64,000 bases of DNA from Macrostomum lignano (lineage: Eukaryota), in NCBI GenBank assembly GCA_002269645.1, contig NIVC01003507.1, positions 30,404 to 94,403 on the forward strand. Direction: 5' to 3'. Below the pieces are notes generated by a model that was not told the DNA's origin, ran no database searches, and worked only from the letters and a program-made list of their open reading frames with translations. How positions within the stretch are numbered: the first letter of the stretch is position 1; the number at the start of each line of letters is the position of its first letter. The translations under genes were made by a program, and so were the position numbers. This document shows, piece after piece, positions 27,601 through 40,141 of the stretch.

Positions 27601-30600
27601 GACATCTGGGCGCTGGGCTGTATGCTGTACAAGTTGGCGTACTTCAGTCTGCCATTCGGCGAAAGCACCCTGGCTATCAGTTCCGGCCGTCTGTGCCTGC
27701 CTGACCGGCCTGAATATTCTGTTGAATTGCGCAAACTGATTCGCTATGCGTTGCAGCCGGACCCCAGCCTGAGGCCGGACATATTCCAGATCTGTCATTT
27801 GGCATTTCAATTGGCTGGCCGAGTTAATCCGGTGCAAAATGTCAATGTGAGCTGGGCGTCAGCGCTAATTAGATGACGAGGAATTCCGTGCCCTAGTTAC
27901 TCACGCCGTTTACCCAGAGATATCAATTTAAGTCACCCAAAAAATAATAAGGGCGGAGAGCAGTGGCGGATTTAAAAGGAGGGGGGCGGGGGCTGCCGAT
28001 GATGGCGCCCCCTTTTCTTTGCCTTAAAAAAGATCTTTACCGCCTTCAGTTTGTTCAGTATGGCGCCCCTCAAGATCGCCCTCTAGTGTATATCATAGCG
28101 CCCCTCTAGTGTATATTATGGCGCCCCTCTAGTGTATATTATGGCGCCACTCTAGTGTATATTATGGCGCCCCTCTAGTGTATATTATGGCGCCCCTCTA
28201 GTGTATATTATGGCGCCCCTCTAGTGTATATTATGGCGCCACTCTAGTGTATATTATGGCGCCCCTCTAGTGTATATTATGGCGCCACTCTAGTGTATAT
28301 TATGGCGCCACTCTAGTGTATAGAATGGCGCCCCTCTAGTGTATATTATGGCGCCACTCTAGTGTATATTATGGCGCCACTCTAGTGTATAGAATGGCGC
28401 CCATCTAGTGTATATTATGGCGCCCCTCTAGTGTATATTATGGCGCCACTCTAGTGTATATTATGGCGCCACTCTAGTGTATATTATGGCGCCCCTCAAG
28501 ATCGCCCTCTAGTGTATATTATGGCGCCACTCTAGTGTATATTATGGCGCCACTCTAGTGTATATTATGGCGCCACTCTAGTGTATATTATGGCGCCCCT
28601 CAAGATCGCCCTCTAGTGTATATTATGGCGCCACTCTAGTGTATATTATGGCGCCACTCTGGTGTATAGGATGGCGCCACTCTAGTGTATATTATGGCGT
28701 CATTCTAGTGTATATTATGGCGCCACTCTAGTGTATATTATGGCGCCACTCTAGTGTATATTATGGCGCCACTCTAGTGTATATTATGGCGCCTCCCTAG
28801 TGTATATTATGGCGTCATTCTAGTGTATATTATGGCGTCATTCTAGTGTATATTATGGCGTCATTCTAGTGTATATTATGGCGCCCCTCTAGTGTATATT
28901 ATGGCGCCCCTCTAGTGTATATTATGGCGCCACTCTAGTGTATATTATGGCGCCACTCTAGTGTATATTATGGCGCCACTCTAGTGTATATTATGGCGCC
29001 ACTCTAGTGTATATTATGGCGCCCCCACTCTAGTGTATATTATGGCGCCACTCTAGTGTATATTATGGCGCCACTCTAGTTTATATTATGGCGCCACTCT
29101 AGTGTATATTATGGCGCCACTCTAGTGTATATTATGGCGCCCCCACTCTAGTGTATATTATGGCACCCCCACTCTAGTGTATATTATGGCGCCACTCTAG
29201 TGTATAGGATGGCGCCACTCTAGTGTATATTATGGCGCCACTCTAGTGTATATTATGGCGCCCCCACTCTAGTGTATATTATGGCACCCCCACTCTAGTG
29301 TATATTATGGCGCCACTCTAGTGTATATTATGGCACCCCCACTCTAGTGTATATTATGGCACCCTTACTCTAGTGTATATTATGGCACCCCCACTCTAGT
29401 GTATATTATGGCGCCACTCTAGTGTATATTATGGCACCCCCACTCATGGTTAATATCCGCCCCCCCCCCATTTTATAATTCTAAATCCGCCCCCGGCGAA
29501 GATGAAAGGAGAAAAGAGAGAGTAGACAAGAGCATAGATAAGAAGAAATAAAAGGAGAGGAGAGAGCTGAGAGGCGACACTAACCCTGAGTGGCTGGATT
29601 ACTATTGCTAAGTTTCAAAGGACTCTTTTAGTGGCACAGAATGCACAGTAGGCGTCTGTACCTTTTCAAAATCAGGCAATATCGCACCTGAAAATAAACT
29701 TTGTGTCTGTGTCTACTAGACCTAGTGCTAGGATTTTACAAGTGTTTAAATAGAAGTTTTACCCAGCTGGTTGCATTTGTCTTTGACCAAACAGAAATCG
29801 GAAATACCTCGCTTCGACATTCTCAACGCGCCGCCAACTGAAAGCGAAAATCGTCGCGAAATCAGCAAATCGCCTAGCGTTGGGTGAGTCGCCGTAGTCT
29901 TTGTGTCCGTCTTGGCGTGTCTTTGTGTCCGTCTTAGCGTTTTTGTGTCTGTTTTAGCGTGTCCTTGTGTGTCTTAACGTGCCTTTGTGTCTGTCTTAAC
30001 TTGCCTTTGTGTCCGTCTTGGCGTGTCTTTGTGTCCGTCTTGGCGTGTCTTTGTGTCCGTCTTAGCGTTTTTGTGTCTGTTTTAGCGTGTCCTTGTGTGT
30101 CTTAACGTGCCTTTGTGTCTGTCTTAACTTGCCTTTGTGTCCGTCTTGGCGTGTCTTTGTGTCCGTCTTGGCGTGTCTTTGTGTCCGTCTTGGCGTGTCC
30201 TTGTGTCCGTCTTAGCGTGTCCTTATGTCCGTCTTGGCGTGGCTTTGTCTTGGCGTGTCTTTGTGTCCGTCTTGGCGTGTCCTTGTGTCCGTCTTAGCCT
30301 GTTTTTGTGTTCGTCTTAGCATGCCTTTGTGTCCATCTTGGCGTGTCTTTGTGTCCGTCTTAGCGTGTCCTTATGTCCGTCTTGGCGTGGCTTTGTGTCT
30401 GTCTTGGCGTGTCTTTGTGTCCGTCTTGGCGTGTCCTTGTGTCCGTCTTGGCGTGTCCTTGTGTCCGTCTTGGCGTGGCTTTGTGTCTGTCTTGGCGTGT
30501 CTTTGTGTCCGTCTTAGCGTGCCTTTGTGTCCGTCTTGGCGTGTCTTTGTGTCCGTCTTAGCGTGTTTTTGTGTCCGTCTTAGCGTGTTTTTGTGTCCGT

Positions 30601-33600
30601 CTTAGCGTGTTTTTGTGTCCGTCTTGGCGTGTCCTTGTGTCCGTCTTAGCGTGTCCTTGTGTCCGTCTTAGCGTGTTTTTGTGTTCGTCTTAGCGTGTTT
30701 GTGTTTGCCTTAGTGTCTCTTAATGTATGTCTGTGTCTTGATGTCTGCGGGTCTCAATTTATTTTTTTGTGTTTTAATGGTTGTGTGTCTTCGTTCCACT
30801 TTAAACTTGATGTCTATCCATCTTAAAATGATAGAATCTGTATTAATAAATATGTCTTAGCATCGGACTGTCGTAGTACATCATAGTCATTCAGACTTTC
30901 ACGCCTCCCTTAGGAAGGGACAAGTCTGCTAGTCTACCTTTACTAAATTTTCCAATCTATTCTACTGATACTACTGATCAGTATTTAAGTACTGTATTGT
31001 CATTCTCTTTCGCAGCCGAATCGCTACTCAATCCGCTTCGACGGTGGCGCCGCGTCCGCCTCTTGTCGCCGGCGTCGTCCAACAGAAGCCGCCGCAGCCG
31101 CCGCCGCAGCAGCACCAGCCGCAGCAGCACCAGCCGCAGCAGCACCAGCCGCAGCAGCACCAGCCACAGCAGTTGCCGCAGGCTTCGTCGTCCGCATCGG
31201 CCGGTTCGCCGATCAAAGCGGCTCCTCCTTTTCCGACAGCGACAGCGGCTGCTGCTGCTGCTGCGGACGCGGCGCTGAATAAATCTACTGTGCGCCAACG
31301 GCCGAGACCGTCGCAGGCGCAGCAGCAGCAGCAGAAACAGACGCTGAAACAGCCATGGGTGACGCTTGAACCTCAGCAGCAGACTTCCTCGTCCGCTGCT
31401 GCGTCTGCGACTGCCGCTGCCGCCGCACCAGCGCAGCCATCTGCCGGCAATCGCAGCTCGTCACTGTTCGACGTTCGGGTTAGCGAATTCGCCCCAGCGA
31501 CTGGCTGGGTGGGCCTCGGCGAGGTGCGCGCTGCGCTGATGGAGTAGATAGGGGGCTTCTGACTTTAGCCACCTCCCACCCTCCCAGATCCTCAGTTGCT
31601 GGGCCAGCCTCCCAGATCCTCAGTTGCTGGGCCAGCCTCCCAGATCCTCAGTTGCTGGGCCAGCCTCCCAGATCCTCAGTTGCTGGGCCAGCCTCCCAGA
31701 TCCTCAGTTGCTGGGCCAGCCTCCCAGATCCTCAGTTGCTGGGCCAGCCTCCCAGATCCTCAGTTGCTGGGCCAGCCTCCCAGATCCTCAGTTGCTGGGC
31801 CAGCCTCCCAGATCCTCAGTTGCTGGGCCAGCCTCCCAGATCCTCAGTTGCTGGGCCAGCCTCCCAGATCCCCAGACTTGGCCGCCGAGCTTCAGATTAA
31901 GTTTTTCAATTTAAACTCTTGATAATTTGCCAGCACACTCTCCCGATTTTATCCATTCCCAGTCGCAACAGTCCGGCTCTCAAGAGCAGCCAGCATTTTC
32001 AGCGGCAGCAACTGCAGCAGCGGCGGCGGCGGCCGCTCCAGCCAGCAGCCAGGCCGGCTCTCTGGACCGGCTGCGTCACGCCTCCCAGCAGCAGCAGCAG
32101 CCTCCGCCTTCCATCGCCGGCTGGAACCCTTTTGCCACAGACGATGATCAGCACCAGCCCGAGACGGCTGTTGGCCGCGGTGCGTCTGTCGGGACCAGCG
32201 GCGCCGCCGCCGCCGACGGGAACAGCTCCGAGGACGCGCTGGAGGACGCCATGTTCGGTTTGGAGTTCGACAGAATCAGACGAGCCGGCTCGCAGAGCAG
32301 TGAGTCCTCTGTCGATTTTATTTTTTGCCTCTAGCTTTTTAAGAACATGTGCATTCTATGCTACTTATTTCGCTCTAGTAGCACATTTAGTTTAACGTAT
32401 TTAATTCGCTTCTTTTTGCAGGCATGGCGGCGCAAAAATCACGCGAAGATTTAGTTATGGAGGAGCCCGATCCCGCATTTGATCCGTTTGGCGCGGCGCC
32501 TATTAATCCTAAGCGTGAGTCATCAATGGTTAATACTAGCTAGCTAATAAGGACTTAACAGCACATTTTAATGACTTTTTATGACTTATTCATTTCAATT
32601 CCATAGATATAGTGTGCAAATTAGCATAACGTTTTCACGTGTCGTCATGTGAATTTTTTTACCGAATTAGACAAATTTTTACTGTTTTATCCTTAGATTT
32701 CTACTTTCAGTAGCCGATCTCGCACATTCCATCCTATATTTGCATCAATCAATCTTTACAGTAAAATCCAAGCACTCAAGCGGCTCCGGTGGCAATTCCG
32801 CCAGCGCCGATCGGTCGAAAAAATCGCGCCGATCCAAACGCGAACAGACGCGAGCTCGCCGCGGCGAACAGCATCACCAGCTTCATCATCATCATCACCG
32901 GGCTGACGTTGACTGGCTGTGCGCCGGCAGCGATGATGAAACCGCCTGCGGTCTGGACCGCTCGGGCCGGTCCGACCTGTTCGCAGCGATCCCATTCCGC
33001 AAAGATCCCGACGACAAGTCGCGCTACGAACAATTGGACCATTGCTACTCAGACGAAGAGGTGCTGCAACAATCGTCTATTGCTAATTTTAATTTTATAG
33101 CCTCGGATAATGACAACACCGGGTCCAAACAGCTGCCGCGTCAGGTTGACTGCGGCAGCGCTGCACCGGCGGCTACTGTCGTCGATCCTGTCGCAGTTCC
33201 TGACCACCAACTAGGAGCTGGACGACACCGTCTGCGACCACCGTCTAGGGAGACATCCTCCGACGGTCTGGACGAGTATGGCACCGACGACGGAGGCGGT
33301 GGCGGCGGTGGTTGCGGCCCAAGTGTCGGAGTCGGGGCTCGCAGAATCCCTATCACCGGCGGCGGCACCGGAGGCGCTCCTAGCGGCGCTGCCGGTGGCA
33401 ACCGCCTGTTCAACTACGTGACCCTGATGGAGGACGCGGCCGATGCCGGCAGTCTGGACAGTCGATCCTTTGAACTCGGCGGCGGCGGCAGCAGCCTCAC
33501 AGCCGACAAGGCCAGTGTGCTGTCGTTTGGCGACTACGACAACGGCGTCAGCGGCAGCCAGGTCCAGGCTCCACTGCCGGCCCCACCGCAGGCGACAGCC

Positions 33601-34689
33601 GATCGCATTGTCGGGCATCAGTACGGCGTCCGGCCTCTGCTAGATGACGATGAATTGTCCGAAGGTGAACGGCTTAGCGACTGTGGCGGAGGAGGCGGCG
33701 TCGGTGGAGCCAGCGACTCGTCGGATCCGTTCTCGCTGGCGCCGTTCAAGCCACCGAAGCAGCGCAGGCGACCTACTGGCTCGAATCGGCAGCCGGCGCC
33801 GCCGCCCCAGCAGCCCCAGCAGATTCAGCGGCCGCCTTCAAAGCCAACAACTCGGCACGCTTTCGAAATGAAAGACGCTACAGCGAACGATCCGGATTCG
33901 GATTTCGATCCTCGTGCAGGCGAGCTGCCGAGGACAGCGGCGCCGGTTCAGCCTTCTGCAGCGCCTCCAGCTCCGACTAAGCCGTCGCAGCCTCGGCCGT
34001 CCGCCGTCGCTGTCGCTGTATCGTCTTCATCGGCGACGAGCGTCTCCACGCCGTCGACAAAGTTCATCAGCAGTCCGTCGCGGAGTCAGCGTAGGCCACA
34101 GCCGCCAGTTGACGATCGGCCACTGCCGCAAATCGGCGTCACCAGCGACGACGGCTTTGCTGCCGACTTTTTCGACGCATCAGACGACGAAGCCGGCGCC
34201 TCGTTGGTCGCCTCAGCGGCCGGAGCTTCTTCGCCTCCGGCGTCGCCGCCGCCGCTTAGATCGGCGTCCTTGTCTTCCCCGTCGGCTGGAGCCGTCGGCA
34301 CCGCCGCGGCCACTCCGGCGACAAATTCCGCATCTGTGGCCGTCAAGCCGAAATCCTCGGGTCGGTTTCGCAGTCTGCTTGGCGGCGGCGACGCATCAGC
34401 ACCGGCTGCGGCGTCAACGGCGCCGCCGCCAGCCTCGCTGTCCTCCTCGGCTCCGTCAGCTGCCGCAGTGACGCAGCAGTCAGTGCCGGTATCGGCTGCG
34501 CCAGCAGCGCCGGCCGCCGACCTGCCTGTCAGCGGATCCGGCAGCGTCGTCGGCGGCGGCGGTGGCAGCGGTAAGAAGGCCAAGAAAAAAGAAAAAGTGG
34601 CGGCGGCTTTTGCCAATCTCAGCTTTGTCGACTTCGACTCGGGCGCTGAGGACGGCAGCGGCAGGGCGGCTGCGTCAGCTGTAGATTAG
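24680..34689 (+). CDS. AAK1: Numb-associated kinase, AAK1/BMP2K family; exons 24680-24970, 26074-26176, 27260-27846, 29795-29883, 31016-~31478, 31963-32299, 32422-32514, 32762-34689; ~1296 aa
   Basis: Kinase motifs IAEGGFAVV, ALKRM, HRDLKVEN, DFGSAT, YTTLAYRSPEM, KADIWALG. Q/P-rich region, NPF and DPF endocytic motifs, BMP2K-like tail. Splice phases are all compatible; the exon 5 donor is ambiguous (31472, 31478 or 31523). AAK1 versus BMP2K orthology is unresolved. Confidence 0.88.
25010..25895. repeat. ~38-40-bp minisatellite in kinase intron 1
   Basis: Unit cacacagctatggaacagctcccctcactgtcagtgtgta with indel variants. Confidence 0.93.
26270..27135. repeat. GA-rich compound repeat in kinase intron 2
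   Basis: Units such as gatagaggggtagagtgaga. Confidence 0.9.
27961..29495. mobile_element. hAT-like non-autonomous element carrying an internal 23-bp minisatellite (gtgtatattatggcgccactcta)
   Basis: Imperfect TIRs CAGTGGCGGATTTA / TAAATCCGCCCCCG. Flanking 8-mers gcggagag / gcgaagat match at 6/8. Confidence 0.7.
29900..30705. repeat. 22-bp minisatellite (gtgtccgtcttggcgtgtcttt) in kinase intron 4
   Basis: Direct tandem periodicity. Confidence 0.92.
31576..31872. repeat. 28-bp minisatellite (ctcccagatcctcagttgctgggccagc) in kinase intron 5
   Basis: About 10 near-identical copies; a related short array is at 46195-46265. Confidence 0.95.
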
Positions 34690-35524
34690 GCTGGAGACAG
34701 GCTTACAGTGCTGATTTTATTGACCCTAAACCTATTAGATTACCGTTTGTATCCGATAAGTCTCTGCGCTCACTGATCACCTACTGAGAGGTACCGTATA
34801 ACTGCCGCTGGTATTTTTCTCTGCACCCGGACAAAGGAGTCATAATATTAAATTTATTTGCTAACTGTTATGAGTAATTGAAATTGTAATAATTTCAAGA
34901 GTTAATCCGCATTGCATTCACAGTAATGCAGTTATTATTTTTTCCTTAAAACCTTCATGCTTCATTCTATATACAAAATGTTTTCTTTAACGAAACTCGC
35001 TTCAATAATTTGGCCGTTTTGAAATGCGCATGCTCTAAATCTCTATTCAGTGTTATTTTGCTTGTTTTCCTTTCTATTAACCGCATATTTGCATCTCTAT
35101 TTCCGTTTCGGAAGTTAACAGCGCCACTTTAACATTGGTTTTGTCTGCAGAAAAATCTGCGTTTGCTAGCAGAAATTCCAATATGAATTCGCTGAATGTC
35201 GATACAAAAGCACACTCGGGCTAGTTATAGTTTGTATTGATCGTTAACATTTTGTTTGTTAATTACATTTCGTGCACATGCGATGAAACTACGAGAATAT
35301 TTTATCTACAGTTTTGCTAACTATTATTGATATTATTGTTTATCCAAAATAAAACTATTGCGGATGCTAGCTAGTAAATAGAGTGCTTGGAGTAGTCATT
35401 TTGGCAACTGCCAGTCTGCCACTGGAAGGCAGATTTAAAATCATCCTCTCCGTAATAGTTGTTTCAAATTAGTCTAGAGAAAGCGTTTATCTATTCATTG
35501 GCCTGAAGGGCTGAGGGGCTGACC

Positions 35525-35985
35525 AGCTAGAAAATCGATAAACCTTTACTTCTAGGCTTTAACTCACCCCGCCCCACACACCAGCCAGTCAATGGGGTAG
35601 AAAAGAGGGCATGTTAGATTGGGTCAATCATAAAATCGATAAATCTTAAACTGGCCCCACACACCAGCGACAAAGACAGTCAATTTGATACGCTTGTTGG
35701 TTGAGGGGTGGAAAAAAGGCGAAAAATCTTTAACTTTACCAAAAGTTAAGCGATACATTCAGTGTGTGGGGGGTAGGAAAGAGGCTGGAGGCTGAGGGGC
35801 CGGCCATAAAATCGATAAATCTTTATTAAACTCAACCCACCACACACCAGCCAAGACATAAAGCCAGTCAGTGGGGTAGAAAAGTGGGGCGGACCAGAAA
35901 ATCGATAAACCACTCACCCCACACCACCACCAGCCAAACATAGTTAGTCACTCGGGGGGGGGATAGAAAAGAGGGCAGGAAGGAC
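35525..35985. repeat. Diverged ~100-bp tandem repeat (aaaatcgataaa...ccccacacaccagcc...ggggtagaaaag)
   Basis: About 4-5 recognisable copies of the motif set. Confidence 0.6.
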
Positions 35986-38479
35986 CGCTAGATGTACAAA
36001 TCGGTTCTTGGAAATATAAAAGATTTTTAGGCTTCAAAATGATTTTGACGTAAACTGTTTGAAATGTTTAATTGTGCGTGATATTCGTTTACGAAAACTT
36101 TTATGACTTGTCTGCTCTATTTCTATTTTTCTGTTTTCCATTCTATATAAGAGTATAATGACTCATGAGACCAAGTCCTTCTACTAATGTTCTTTAATTT
36201 AGTAACGTCTTCTTCTAAAAAGCAAGCCTTGAAAACAGTTTGCAAGAAACGAAGTGTCCTCTTAAGCTGATTCTAGTAAGGGTCATTCGTACTGTTATTA
36301 TTGGCTTAAAAAGCTGCACCCAAGCGTTATGCTGCAATGTTGCTGAACTTTGCTAACCTAGAATTGTGATTTACAAGTATAGTGTTCCTTTTCACAGAAG
36401 AAAACAATAGTTTCTTTTCCGCCAAAATGATTCAATTAATCAATTGTATTAATTACACGCGTAAATGTGTGTATTTATGCTGATTTCTTACTGCATGCTT
36501 CTGCGCATTCTGTTCATTCGCCTCAGTTGCGGTGTTTGAAACGTATCTACATGTTTCTTTCTAGTTTGAGGTCTGCTGGCTTGCTCTATGGAATAAATTT
36601 ATGTACTATTAAAACTCAGCAGCGCAGCACTTGTGCAATGCTGTTTTTCACCTGTTTTTAATAGTTTCTTCATCCCATGCACACACCTTAATTCCTGTAA
36701 TTAAGTTTATCTTTGAAGACGCTCTTGTTGTTGTGTAACGAGGTTGGCTTTTAATTTCCAATATGATTATAAATATATATATTAATATATACTGTATAAC
36801 ATACATATATATATATTAAATTTGATTTCTATCATTATATTATTCCTATGCACAGTCGTAGACAGTGGCCGTCGGCCTGCCAGTTTCATTAACGAGTTTT
36901 TACAAACTTTGAAAAATCAGCGCTAAAATTTTGGTTTTTTTCCTTCATTTTTTCCCTATATTTGGCGTCGCAAGAGTGTGCCATAACCTTGCAACTGCAA
37001 CCCCCAGGAACATCAGCGTTATCTTATAGAAAACCCACACAGTCAGCAATTGCAAACCCTAGCTGGCAAAAATGGTCTAACAACCTACAGCGCTACCTTT
37101 CCGGTCGTTTAGAGCGGGAAATTCTGCTCTACACGACCGAAAAGGAAATCACCGACCCGTTGTACAAAAAGATCGCAAACAATGAAACGATCGCAGAAGC
37201 CAGGCCAAAGTGCAAACAAATTGCAAAACTTATCGAGTCCTCCAGCAAACAGTTTAAAGGCCGCGTCAACGTTGTAGTTCGTATTCATCAGATACTCAAT
37301 TCCGGCAATTCCTTTAGGATGGCGAACAGATGGACTCATGGACCATGGTACAGCAGACTGAGGAGCTGCATCAGAAGTGGGCCAGTTTGAAGACCTGCAG
37401 TATAGTCACTAATAAGACCAAATCGTGGCCTGCTGCCGCAGCGACTCTTGAATGTACTGTACGTATATATTGGGGCTTGCTTAAGCATCACACATATTTG
37501 TACACAACTCGCCAACTGCCACAAAACATAGTTGGGCACACAAGTCTGCACCAATTTGGCCATGTGTGACACTGTTGGCACAGTTGCACTCTGATGGTTG
37601 GTACATTTAGTTTTGGTTGGGAAACTGCATTGTACTCTCGCTCCTACATACGCTCGTACGAGTATACATATTGATTTTGTTTGTGGAAATTTGTCTATCT
37701 ATTTTAGTTTGTCTAATTATCAATCTGTTACATCACTGTTATTATGTTGTCATTATGTTAGATAGCATACGTTGGATAAACCAACTTAAGAATTTACTCA
37801 CATACTCGTTTGGAGATTGATTTAAGCCGGGAATATGATTCATTCCGACCGTTTTAGACGTCTGAACTCGGAATTACTAGTCTGCTAGTTTTAACAATGG
37901 CCGCAACAGTGGTCACGGAGCCAAACGATGCTGGATTCAACATTGAGACAATCGCGAAAGCGAAAAGCCACAAGCTTTGTTGGAGAGCTACAAAAGAAGA
38001 AGCAAAAAATGAGAGCAATAGCTATCAGTTAATGACAACGATGTAGACTAATGTCGGCGGTACTCGAGAAGTTGCTATTTGTATCGATTCGATTCGATCT
38101 AACAGTAATACCAGTGGTATAATCCTAAAGGAGAAAATGGAAAATGGGTTCCGTTATGGGCGATTTCAGCCCAAACCTACTGTAGAGATACTTAGTCGCG
38201 TAGGAAACACAGATATCTTGTCAAGCAATTTTTTTAACAATCTTGCTTCTTTTTCACCTAAAAATAGAAGAAACATCTGCTGACATCAGTGACAGAAAAT
38301 AACTAATTTGGTAAATCACATGACGCATTTATAATTAATAGCTGATTTACTTTATCCGCCCTCGATCGGGATGATATCGATTTTCAAGCACTAATTACTG
38401 GATGAATAGGTGAGTGGAAACGTGATGCGAAGTATTTTTGCCTATTTACTGTAGTTGCAAGTTATCTATATATATTATT

Positions 38480-38640
38480 CGAGCTCTGCGAAAAACGCGT
38501 CTGACTCCCCAGGCCACACGACCCCGCAGGTTTGATTCCGTGCTTATGGCCTCGGGGTTATCGTGCAATTCTCGCCCATGTAGGCCAACCCCCAAGGCGC
38601 AGAGAGTGTTCGGTACATGACTGACATGAGAACTGTGTTA
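38480..38640. repeat. Dispersed repeat fragment; related copy at ~40095-40200
   Basis: Both copies share ggggtt.tcgt.caatt...cccat...gccaa..cccccaaggc..agagagtg. Family unknown. Confidence 0.55.
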
Positions 38641-39137
38641 GATCCCTTTCATATCATACACCAGTCTGATGAAGGCCTCCTCTTTGGTTGATAAATTCTG
38701 ATCTTTACTGCATGGATTTATCATTAAACATATATGCTTTCAATGAGCTCAAAAATTTAATAATAGTTTTGAAAATTGACAGAGAGAGAGAGAGTCTGAG
38801 AGAGGTTGCTGCATGCTGATATACTTTTCTTGCTGATGTCTATGGCCAAACTATCAACTTCTTCGTTGCCCTTTTCGTCCATGTCTATGTCTATGGGCAA
38901 GACCAAATCATACTGCGATTCTCGACCTGGTTGGTTCAAGTATCGAATTGGCTGACAAAAGCAATACCAGAGCGTACATGCTGCAGAGAACGCATACCGC
39001 TAAATGGAGTTTGGTCATAGACGAATTCAGTTAGAGAGCAATCTCTCCAGTTTGTCCACGCTGCTTCACCGGCGGCTACCGGCGGCGGTTTGATCTTGAA
39101 TCGTAAAACTGGGTGGGGGCGGACAGAGGGTCCTCTT

Positions 39138-39260
39138 TAGGGGTGTTCGGGGTTCGGGGTTGGAAGAAATGTTCGGGACGGGGTTCGGGGTTCGGGGTAG
39201 GGGTACCGGGTTCGGGGTAAACCCCGAACCCCGAAAAAATGGCCGACCCGAACACCCCTA
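39138..39260. mobile_element. 123-bp hAT-like MITE
   Basis: Perfect 14-bp TIR TAGGGGTGTTCGGG / CCCGAACACCCCTA; 8-bp TSD gtcctctt / gtcctctc. Confidence 0.8.
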
Positions 39261-40141
39261 GTCCTCTCAAATTGCAAATGGGGGACCAATCTAGGCGAGG
39301 TCAAAGCGGTCACTGGCCTCCAGGAATCAATAACAGCAGTCTGTCTCTATCGCGGTGGACAAAATGACTGTAGCATATTTGTTCAGTGTCTGGGAACTGC
39401 TTGGGGCCCCAGCTCCTGGCAACAAGTGTTGTGGCTTTGGATCGTCAATGAATGTAGTGACAATTCTAAATTTCTGGCATTTTGTCCTGATACGTTACAA
39501 AAGCACTCGCCTCAGCTCTAGTAAAGTAAAAAATAATGCAAGACACGATTCACATTACAGGTGGCTGTATTAGAATTACAACACTGTTCCGTTCCGAAGT
39601 ATATATGAAAAAGTACAACAGACAACTGAAAAATTAAGGTTCTTATGTAATGACAGAAAGAATATTTTACATTTAGCATGTATGATGGCATGCACTACTG
39701 GCTTGCAGGCTGATACGTGAAGGATTCGGTTAGGGAAGATGGTGCAGGCAAACCAGTCAGGTATGATAGCATTTTTAGAAAAATGAATTGGTCACTTAAT
39801 GACAATACGCATTTTAATGCATCCACTGCTGAGTGAGTGACCAACCAGCTTTCGAAATTGCATTTTAAATTGTGTATAAATGTACAACATGACATGGCTA
39901 AATTAATGGCTGAACATAAGATGGGCATAAATCGAAAGACACCGCAACTTGCAAAACCATGCGAAATTGACTGACGAGATGGGAATTATTCAGTTCCTTG
40001 GCACTGATTGCTTCGTCTGAAGGTGCAAAGCGTCTGGACTCACCGTTCCACGACCAACTGGTTTGATTGTTGGTGGCTCACAGTTATTTGGGGCTTGTGT
40101 CCAGAAAAAATAGCCTGGGGTTGTCGTACAATTCGCACCCA

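Noticed and set aside
32756-34616. Overlapping antisense and alternate-frame ORFs over the last kinase exon, and similar shadows over other genes
   Set aside because: They are by-products of GC-rich coding sequence.
36962-37581. 142-aa ORF and Cys-containing minus-strand frames
   Set aside because: No recognisable domain or splice partners; possibly a TE relic but unsupported.
38655-38700. CTGATGA as a hammerhead ribozyme core (also at ~44835)
   Set aside because: No proper stem II followed by GAAA and no stems I/III could be built.
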